A stretch of DNA of 64,000 nt, from positions 70,184,001-70,248,000 of the forward strand of contig OZ024747.1 of the NCBI GenBank assembly GCA_964016885.1, written 5' to 3'. Positions within the stretch are counted from its first letter, which is position 1. Each line of letters starts with the position of its first letter. Below, piece by piece: positions 50,701 through 64,000 of the stretch. The notes beneath the pieces were generated by a model, which was given only the letters and a program-made list of their open reading frames with translations, did no database searches and was not told the origin of the DNA. The DNA comes from Eledone cirrhosa. Taxonomy: Eukaryota. A program made the position numbers and the translations under genes.

Positions 50701-53700
50701 CACTATCAACATTATTAACATCACTACCACTATCACCACTATCAACACTATCAACATTATTAACATCACTACCACTATCACCACTATCAACACTATCAAC
50801 ATTATTAACACCACTACCACTATCACCACTATCACCACTATCAACATTATTAACATCACTACCACTATCACCACTATCAACACTATCAACATTATTAACA
50901 TCACTACCACTATCACCACTATCAGCACTATCAACATTATTAACATCACTACCACTATCAACACTATCAACATTATTAACATCACTACCACTATCACCAC
51001 TATCACCACTATCAACATTATTAACATCACTACCACTATCACCACTATCAACATTATTAACATCACTACCACTATCACCACTATCAGCACTATCAACATT
51101 ATTAACATCACTACCACTATCACCATTATCACCACTATCAACATTATTAACACCACTACCACTATCACCACTATCAACACTATCAACATTATTAACATCA
51201 CTACCACTATCACCACTATCAACACTATCAACATTATTAACATCACTACCACTATCAACACTATCAACATTATTAACATCACTACCACTATCACCACTAT
51301 CAACACTATCAACATTATTAACACCACTACCACTATCACCACTATCAACACTATCAACATTATTAACACCACTACCACTATCACCACTATCACCACTATC
51401 AACATTATTAACATCACTACCACTATCAACACATCAACACCACTATCAACACTATCAACACTATCAACATTATTAACACCACTACCACTATCACCACTAT
51501 CACCACTATCAACATTATTAACATCACTACCACTATCACCACTATCAACACTATCAACATTATTAACACCACTACCACTATCACCACTATCAACACTATC
51601 AACATTATTAACATCACTACCACTATCACCACTATCACCACTATCAACATTATTAACATCACTACCACTATCACCACTATCAACACTATCAACATTATTA
51701 ACACCACTACCACTATCACCACTATCAACACTATCAACATTATTAACATCACTACCACTATCACCACTATCAACACTATCAACATTATTAACACCACTAC
51801 CACTATCACCACTATCACCACTATCAACACATCAACACCACTATCAACACTATCAACACTATCAACATTATTAACATCACTACCACTATCACCACTATCA
51901 ACACTATCAACATTATTAACACCACTACCACTATCACCACTATCAACACTATCAACATTATTAACACCACTACCACTATCACCACTATCACCACTATCAA
52001 CATTATTAACATCACTACCACTATCAACACATCAACACCACTATCAACACTATCAACACTATCAACATTATTAACACCACTACCACTATCACCACTATCA
52101 CCACTATCAACATTATTAACACCACTACCACTATCACCACTATCAACACTATCAACATTATTAACACCACTACCACTATCACCACTATCAACACTATCAA
52201 CATTATTAACACCACTACCACTATCACCACTATCACCACTATCAACATTATTAACATCACTACCACTATCAACACATCAACACCACTATCAACACTATCA
52301 ACACTATCAACATTATTAACACCACTACCACTATCACCACTATCACCACTATCAACATTATTAACATCACTACCACTATCACCACTATCAACACTATCAA
52401 CATTATTAACACCACTACCACTATCACCACTATCAACACTATCAACATTATTAACATCACTACCACTATCACCACTATCACCACTATCAACATTATTAAC
52501 ATCACTACCACTATCACCACTATCAACACTATCAACATTATTAACACCACTACCACTATCACCACTATCAACACTATCAACATTATTAACATCACTACCA
52601 CTATCACCACTATCAACACTATCAACATTATTAACACCACTACCACTATCACCACTATCACCACTATCAACACATCAACACCACTATCAACACTATCAAC
52701 ACTATCAACATTATTAACATCACTACCACTATCAACACTATCAACACTATCAACATTATTAACATCACTACCACTATCAACACTATCAACATAATTAACA
52801 TCACTACCACTATCACCACTATCAACACTATCAACATTATTAACATCACTACCACTATCAACACTATCAACATTATTAACATCACTACCACTATCAGCAC
52901 TATCAACATTATTAACATCACTACCACTATCAACATTATTAACATTATTAACATCACTACTACTATCACCACTATCAACACTATCAACATTATTAACATC
53001 ACTACCACTATCACCACTATCAACACTATCAACATTATTAACATCACTACCACTATCAGCACTATCAACACTATCAACATTATTAACATCACTACCACTA
53101 TCACCACTATCAGCACTATCAACATTATTAACATCACTACCACTATCAACACTATCAACATTATTAACATCACTACCACTATCAGCACTATCAACACTAT
53201 CAACATTATTAACATCACTACCACTATCACCACTATCAGCACTATCAACATTATTAACATCACTACCACTATCAACACTATAGACATTATTAACATCACT
53301 ACCACTATCAGCACTATCAGCACTATCAACATTATTAACATCACTACCACTATCAACACTATCAACATTATTAACATCACTACCACTATCACCACTATCA
53401 GCACTATCAACATTATTAACATCACTACCACTATCAGCACTATCAACATTATTAACATCACTACCACTATCAGCACTATCAGCACTATCAACATTATTAA
53501 CATCACTACCACTATCAACACTATCAACATTATTAACATCACTACCACTATCACCACTATCAGCACTATCAACATTATTAACATCACTACCACTATCAGC
53601 ACTATCAACATTATTAACATCACTACCACTATCAGCACTATCAGCACTATCAACATTATTAACATCACTACCACTATTAACACTATCAACATTATTAACA

Positions 53701-56700
53701 TCACTACCACTATCACCACTATCAGCACTATCAACATTATTAACATCACTACCACTATCAGCACTATCAACATTATTAACATCACTACCACTATCACCAC
53801 TATCACCACTATCACCACTATCAACATTATTAACACCACTACCACTATCACCACTATCAGCACTATCAACATTATTAACACCACTACCACTATCACCACT
53901 ATCACCACTATCACCACTATCAACATTATTAACATCACTACCACTATCACCACTATCAGCACTATCAACATTATTAACACCACTACCACTATCACCACTA
54001 TCACCACTATCACCACTATCAACATTATTAACATCACGACCACTATCACCACTATCAGCACTATCAACATTATTAACATCACTACCACTATCACCACTAT
54101 CAACACTATCAACATTATTAACATCACTACCACTATCAGCACTATCAACATTATTAACATCACTACCACTATCAGCACTATCAACATTATTAACATCACT
54201 ACCACTATCAACACTATCAACATTATTAACATCACTACCACTATCAGCACTATCAATATTATTAACATCACTACCACTATCAACACTATCAACATTATTA
54301 ACATCACTACCACTATCAGCACTATCAACATTATTAACATCACTACCACTATCACCACTATCAGCACTATCAACATTATTAACATCACTACCACTATCAG
54401 CACTATCATCATTATTAACATCACTACCACTATCAACATTATTAACATTATTAACATCACTACCACTATCAACACTATCAACATTATTAACATCACTACC
54501 ACTATCAGCACTATCCACACTATCAACATTATTAACATCACTACCACTATCACCACTATCAACACTATCAACATTATTAACATCACTACCACTATCACCA
54601 CTATCAACACTATCAACATTATTAACATCACTACCACTATCAGCACTATCAACATTATTAACATCACTACCACTATCAGCACTATCAGCACTATCAACAT
54701 TATTAACATCACTACCACTATCAACACTATCAACATTATTAACATCACTACCACTATCACCACTATCACCACTATCAACATTATTAACACCACTACCACT
54801 ATCACCACTATCACCACTATCAGCACTATCAACATTATTAACATCACTACCACTATCAGCACTATCAGCACTATCAACATTATTAACATCACTACCACTA
54901 TCAACACTATCAACATTATTAACATCACTACCACTATCACCACTATCAGCACTATCAACATTATTAACACCACTACCACTATCACCACTATCACCACTAT
55001 CAGCACTATCAACATTATTAACATCACTACCACTATCACCACTATCAGCACTATCAACATTATTAACATCACTACCACTATCACCACTATCAGCACTATC
55101 AACATTATTAACATCACTACCACTATCACCACTATCAACACTATCAACATTATTAACATCACTACCACTATCACCACTATCAACACTATCAACATTATTA
55201 ACACCACTACCACTATCACCACTATCACCACTATCAACATTATTATCATCACTACCACTATCACCACTATCAACACTATCAACATTATTAACATCACTAC
55301 CACTATCACCACTATCAACATTATTAACATCACTACCACTATCACCACTATCAGCACTATCAACATTATTAAAATCACTACCACTATCAGCACTATCAGC
55401 ACTATCAACATTATTAACATCACTACCACTATCAACACTATCAACATTATTAACATCACTACCACTATCACCACTATCACCACTATCAACATTATTAACA
55501 TCACTACCACTATCACCACTATCAACATTATTAACATCACTACCACTATCACCACTATCAGCACTATCAACATTATTAACATCACTACCACTATCAACAT
55601 TATTAACATTATTAACATCACTACCACTATCAACATTATTAACATTATTAACATCACTACTACTATCACCACTATCAACACTATCAACATTATTAACATC
55701 ACTACCACTATCACCACTATCAGCACTATCAACATTATTAACATCACTACCACTATCACCATTATCACCACTATCAACATTATTAACACCACTACCACTA
55801 TCACCACTATCAACACTATCAACATTATTAACATCACTACCACTATCACCACTATCAACACTATCAACATTATTAACATCACTACCACTATCAACACTAT
55901 CAACATTATTAACATCACTACCACTATCAACACTATCAACATTATTAACATCACTACCACTATCACCACTATCAACATTATTAACATCACTACCACTATC
56001 AACACTATCAACATTATTAACATCACTACCACTATCAACACTATCAACATTATTAACATCACTATCAACACTATCAACATTATTAACATCACTACCACTA
56101 TCAACACTATCAACATTATTAACACCACTACCACTATCACCACTATCAACACTATCAACATTATTAACACCACTACCACTATCACCACTATCACCACTAT
56201 CAACATTATTAACATCACTACCACTATCAACACATCAACACCACTATCAACACTATCAACACTATCAACATTATTAACACCACTACCACTATCACCACTA
56301 TCACCACTATCAACATTATTAACACCACCACCACTATCACCACTATCAACACTATCAACATTATTAACATCACTACCACTATCACCACTATCAACACTAT
56401 CAACATTATTAACACCACTACCACTATCACCACTATCACCACTATCAACATTATTAACACCACTACCACTATCACCACTATCAACACTATCAACATTATT
56501 AACATCACTACCACTATCACCACTATCAACACTATCAACATTATTAACACCACTACCACTATCACCACTATCACCACTATCAACATTATTAACATCACTA
56601 CCACTATCAACACATCAACACCACTATCAACACTATCAACACTATCAACATTATTAACATCACTACCACTATCAACACTATCAACACTATCAACATTATT

Positions 56701-59700
56701 AACATCACTACCACTATCAACACTATCAACATAATTAACATCACTACCACTATCACCACTATCAACACTATCAACATTATTAACATCACTACCACTATCA
56801 ACACTATCAACATTATTAACATCACTACCACTATCAGCACTATCAACATTATTAACATCACTACCACTATCAACATTATTAACATTATTAACATCACTAC
56901 TACAATCACCACTATCAACACTATCAACATTATTAACATCACTACCACTATCACCACTATCAACACTATCAACATTATTAACATCACTACCACTATCAGC
57001 ACTATCAACACTATCAACATTATTAACATCACTACCACTATCACCACTATCAGCACTATCAACATTATTAACATCACTACCACTATCAACACTATCAACA
57101 TTATTAACATCACTACCACTATCAGCACTATCAGCACTATCAACATTATTAACATCACTACCACTATCAACACTATCAACATTATTAACATCACTACCAC
57201 TATCAGCACTATCAGCACTATCAACATTATTAACATCACTACCACTATCAACACTATCAACATTATTAACATCACTACCACTATCAGCACTATCAGCACT
57301 ATCAACATTATTAACATCACTACCACTATCAACACTATCAACATTATTAACATCACTACCACTATCAGCACTATCAACACTATCAACATTATTAACATCA
57401 CTACCACTATCACCACTATCAGCACTATCAACATTATTAACATCACTACCACTATCAACACTATCAACATTATTAACATCACTACCACTATCAGCACTAT
57501 CAGCACTATCAACATTATTAACATCACTACCACTATCAACACTATAAACATTATTAACATCACTACCACTATCACCACTATCAGCACTATCAACATTATT
57601 AACATCACTACCACTATCAGCACTATCAGCACTATCAACATTATTAACATCACTACCACTATCAACACTATCAACATTATTAACATCACTACCACTATCA
57701 CCACTATCAGCACTATCAACATTATTAACATCACTACCACTATCAGCACTATCAACATTATTAACATCACTACCACTATCAGCACTATCAGCACTATCAA
57801 CATTATTAACATCACTACCACTATCAACACTATCAACATTATTTACATCACTACCACTATCACCACTATCAGCACTATCAACATTATTAACATCACTACC
57901 ACTATCAGCACTATCAACATTATTAACACCACTACCACTATCACCACTATCAGCACTATCAACATTATTAACACCACTACCACTATCACCACTATCACCA
58001 CTATCACCACTATCAACATTATTAACATCACGACCACTATCACCACTATCAGCACTATCAACATTATTAACATCACTACCACTATCACCACTATCAACAC
58101 TATCAACATTATTAACATCACTACCACTATCACCACTATCAACACTATCAACATTATTAACATCACTACCACTATCAACACTATCAACATTATTAACATC
58201 ACTACCACTATCACCACTATCAACACTATCAACATTATTAACACCACTACCACTATCACCATTATCACCACTATCAACATTATTAACATCACTACCACTA
58301 TCAACACATCAACACCACTATCAACACTATCAACACTATCAACATTATTAACATCACTACCACTATCAACACTATCAACACTATCAACATTATTAACATC
58401 ACTACCACTATCAACACTATCAACATAATTAACATCACTACCACTATCACCACTATCAACACTATCAACATTATTAACATCACTACCACTATCAACACTA
58501 TCAACATTATTAACATCACTACCACTATCAGCACTATCAACATTATTAACATCACTACCACTATCAACATTATTAACATTATTAACATCACTACTACTAT
58601 CACCACTATCAACACTATCAACATTATTAACATCACTACCACTATCACCACTATCAACACTATCAACATTATTAACATCACTACCACTATCAGCACTATC
58701 AACACTATCAACATTATTAACATCACTACCACTATCACCACTATCAGCACTATCAACATTATTAACATCACTACCACTATCAACACTATCAACATTATTA
58801 ACATCACTACCACTATCAGCACTATCAACACTATCAACATTATTAACATCACTACCACTATCACCACTATCAGCACTATCAACATTATTAACATCACTAC
58901 CACTATCAACACTATCAACATTATTAACATCACTACCACTATCAGCACTATCAGCACTATCAACATTATTAACATCACTACCACTATCAACACTATCAAC
59001 ATTATTAACATCACTACCACTATCACCACTATCAGCACTATCAACATTATTAACATCACTACCACTATCAGCACTATCAACATTATTAACATCACTACCA
59101 CTATCAGCACTATCAGCACTATCAACATTATTAACATCACTACCACTATCAACACTATCAACATTATTAACATCACTACCACTATCACCACTATCAGCAC
59201 TATCAACATTATTAACATCACTACCACTATCAGCACTATCAACATTATTAACATCACTACCACTATCAGCACTATCAGCACTATCAACATTATTAACATC
59301 ACTACCACTATCAACACTATCAACATTATTTACATCACTACCACTATCACCACTATCAGCACTATCAACATTATTAACATCACTACCACTATCAGCACTA
59401 TCAACATTATTAACACCACTACCACTATCACCACTATCAGCACTATCAACATTATTAACACCACTACCACTATCACCACTATCAACATTATTAACATCAC
59501 GACCACTATCACCACTATCAGCACTATCAACATTATTAACATCACTACCACTATCACCACTATCAACACTATCAACATTATTAACATCACTACCACTATC
59601 AGCACTATCAACATTATTAACATCACTACCACTATCAGCACTATCGACATTATTAACATCACTACCACTATCAACACTATCAACATTATTAACATCACTA

Positions 59701-62700
59701 ACACTATCAGCACTATCAATATTATTAACATCACTACCACTATCAACACTATCAACATTATTAACATCACTACCACTATCAGCACTATCAACATTATTAA
59801 CATCACTACCACTATCACCACTATCAGCACTATCAACATTATTAACATCACTACCACTATCACCACTATCAGCACTATCAACATTATTAACATCACTACC
59901 ACTATCACCACTATCAACATTATTAACATCACTACCACTATCAACACATCAACACCACTATCAACACTATCAACACTATCAACATTATTAACATCACTAC
60001 CACTATCAACACTATCAACACTATCAACATTATTAACATCACTACCACTATCAACACTATCAACATTATTAACATCACTACCACTATCACCACTATCAAC
60101 ACTATCAACATTATTAACATCACTACCACTATCAACACTATCAACATTATTAACATCACTACCACTATCAGCACTATCATCATTATTAACATCACTACCA
60201 CTATCAACATTGTTAACATTATTAACATCACTACCACTATCACCACTATCAACACTATCAACATTATTAACATCACTACCACTATCAGCACTATCAACAC
60301 TATCAACATTATTAACATCACTACCACTATCACCACTATGAACACTATCAACATTATTAACATCACTACCACTATCACCACTATCAACACTATCAACATT
60401 ATTAACATCACTACCACTATCAGCACTATCAACATTATTAACATCACTACCACTATCAGCACTATCAGCACTATCAACATTATTAACATCACTACCACTA
60501 TCAACACTATCAACATTATTAACATCACTACCACTATCACCACTATCACCACTATCAACATTATTAACACCACTACCACTATCACCACTATCACCACTAT
60601 CAGCACTATCAACATTATTAACATCACTACCACTATCACCACTATCAGCACTATCAACATTATTAACATCACTACCACTATCACCACTATCAACACTATC
60701 AACATTATTAACATCACTACCACTATCAACACTATCAACATTATTAACATCACTACCACTATCAACACTATCAACATTATTAACATCACTACCACTATCA
60801 CCACTATCAACATTATTAACATCACTACCACTATCACCACTATCAACATTATTAACATCACTACCACTATCAACACGTCAACACCACTATCAACACTATC
60901 AACACTATCAACATTATTAACACCACTACCACTATCACCACTATCACCACTATCAACATTATTAACACCACTACCACTATCACCACTATCAACACTATCA
61001 ACATTATTAACACCACTACCACTATCACCACTATCAACACTATCAACATTATTAACATCACTACCACTATCACCACTATCAACACTATCAACATTATTAA
61101 CACCACTACCACTATCACCATTATCACCACTATCAACATTATTAACATCACTACCACTATCAACACATCAACACCACTATCAACACTATCAACACTATCA
61201 ACATTATTAACATCACTACCACTATCAACACTATCAACACTATCAACATTATTAACATCACTACCACTATCAACACTATCAACATAATTAACATCACTAC
61301 CACTATCAGCACTATCAACATTTTTAACATCACTACCACTATCAGCACTATCAACATTATTAACATCACTACCACTATCAGCACTATCAACATTTTTAAC
61401 ATCACTACCACTATCAACATTATTAACATTATTAACATCACTACTACTATCAGCACTATCAACACTATCAACATTATTAACATCACTACCACTATCACCA
61501 CTATCAACACTATCAACATTATTAACATCACTACCACTATCAGCACTATCAACACTATCAACATTATTAACATCACTACCACTATCACCACTATCAGCAC
61601 TATCAACATTATTAACATCACTACCACTATCAACATTATCAACATTATTAACATCACTACCACTATCAGCACTATCAACACTATCAACATTATTAACATC
61701 ACTACCACTATCAACACTATCAACATTATTAACATCACTACCACTATCACCACTATCAGCACTATCAACATTATTAACATCACTACCACTATCAGCACTA
61801 TCAACATTATTAACATCACTACCACTATCACCACTATCAGCACTATCAACATTATTAACATCACTACCACTATCAACACTATCAACATTATTAACGTCAC
61901 TACCACTATCAACACTATCAGCACTATCAACATTATTAACATCACTACCACTATCACCACTATCAACACTATCAACATTATTAACACCACTACCACTATC
62001 ACCATTATCAACATTATTAACATCACTACCACTATCTCCACTATCAGCACTATCAACATTATTAACATCACTACCACTATCAGCACTATCAGCACTATCA
62101 ACATTATTAACATCACTACCACTATCAGCACTATCAGCACTATCAACATTATTAACATCACTACCACTATCAGCACTATCAACATTATTAACATCACTAC
62201 CACTATCTCCACTATCAGCACTATCAATATTATTAACATCACTACCACTATCAGCACTATCAGCACTATCAACATTATTAACATCACTTCCACTATCAAC
62301 ACTATCAGCACTATCAACATTATTAACATCACTAACACTATCACCACTATCAACACTATCAATATTATTAACATCACTACCACTATCAGCACTATCAACA
62401 TTATTAACATCACTACCAATATCAGCACTATCAACACTATCAACATTATTAACATCACTACCACTATCACCACTATCAACACTATCAACATTATTAACAT
62501 CACTACCACTATCACCACTATCAACACTATCAACATTATTAACATCACTACCACTATCAGCACTATCAACATTATTAACATCACTACCACTATCAGCACT
62601 ATCAGCACTATCAACATTATTAACATCACTACCACTATCAACACTATCAACATTATTAACATCACTACCACTATCACCACTATCACCACTATCAACATTA

Positions 62701-64000
62701 TTAACACCACTACCACTATCACCACTATCACCACTATCAGCACTATCAACATTATTAACATCACTACCACTATCACCACTATCAGCACTATCAACATTAT
62801 TAACACCACTACCACTATCACCACTATCACCACTATCAGCACTATCAACATTATTAACATCACTACCACTATCACCACTATCAGCACTATCAACATTATT
62901 AACATCACTACCACTATCACCACTATCAACACTATCAACATTATTAACATCACTACCACTATCACCACTATCAACACTATCAACATTATTAACACCACTA
63001 CCACTATCACCACTATCACCACTATCAACATTATTAACATCACTACCACTATCACCACTATCAACACTATCAACATTATTAACATCACTACCACTATCAC
63101 CACTATCAACATTATTAACATCACTACCACTATCACCACTATCAGCACTATCAACATTATTAACATCACTACCACTATCAGCACTATCAGCACTATCAAC
63201 ATTATTAACATCACTACCACTATCACCACTATCAACATTATTAACATCACTACCACTATCACCACTATCAGCACTATCAACATTATTAACATCACTACCA
63301 CTATCAGCACTATCAGCACTATCAACATTATTAACATCACTACCACTATCAACACTATCAACATTATTAACATCACTACCACTATCACCACTATCAGCAC
63401 TATCAACATTATTAACATCACTACCACTATCAGCACTATCAGCACTATCAACATTATTAACATCACTACCACTATCAACACTATCAACATTATTAACATC
63501 ACTACCACTATCACCACTATCAACACTATCAACATTATTAACATCACTACCACTATCACCACTATCAACACTATCAACATTATTAACATCACTACCACTA
63601 TCAGCACTATCAACACTATCAACATTATTAACATCACTACCACTATCACCACTATCAGCACTATCAACATTATTAACATCACTACCACTATCAACATTAT
63701 CAACATTATTAACATCACTACCACTATCAGCACTATCAACACTATCAACATTATTAACATCACTACCACTATCACCACTATCAGCACTATCAACATTATT
63801 AACATCACTACCACTATCAACACTATCAACACTATCAACATTATTAACACCACTACCACTATCACCATTATCAACATTATTAACATCACTACCACTATCT
63901 CCACTATCAGCACTATCAACATTATTAACATCACTACCACTATCAGCACTATCAGCACTATCAACATTATTAACATCACTACCACTATCAGCACTATCAG
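44701..64000. repeat. Large minisatellite array (>19.3 kb, runs off window) of 9-bp blocks: ATCACTACC-(ACTATCAVC)n-ATTATTAAC, mostly 36/45/54 bp
   Basis: Direct reading, e.g. ATCACTACC ACTATCAGC ACTATCAAC ATTATTAAC. Confidence 0.99.

Noticed and set aside
44618-63994. Mucin-like Thr/Ile/Asn, Leu/Ser, Val/Ile or Asp/Ser ORFs
   Set aside because: Products of stop-free 9-bp blocks. At least 12 frame-breaking insertions, no unique domains, and the longest ORF starts inside a SINE.
44701-64000. Telomeric repeat interpretation of the C/A-rich array
   Set aside because: No (CCCTAA)n/(TTAGGG)n or other short invariant telomerase-type unit; a subtelomeric position cannot be judged from this window.

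Overview
Eukaryotic, repeat-dominated window with no supportable protein-coding gene. The tRNA-derived SINE family and repeat style suggest a cephalopod (octopus-like) genome; this is inference from recall, not a database result. About 80% of the window is two large tandem arrays. The first is a 17-bp satellite (GCTCAAATGTGTT[A/T]TAT, 2991-35084, ~1,890 monomers) with layered multi-kb higher-order duplications. The second is a minisatellite built from 9-bp blocks (44701 to the window end) that starts at the tail of a SINE. The rest holds CAC/CAT micro- and minisatellites, about ten SINE copies or fragments, a piggyBac-type MITE and a possible decayed LINE fragment. The long ORFs in the track are repeat artefacts. 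The most interesting signal is in the first ~2.4 kb: short elements wedged between (TA)n tracts carry hammerhead-ribozyme motifs. These are one well-formed type I hammerhead preceded by three octamer motifs spaced exactly 33 bp apart, one variant with an extra hairpin, one palindrome made of two hammerhead 3' halves, and two more degenerate candidates. This resembles Penelope-like/retrozyme-type elements. Ribozyme activity is untested.
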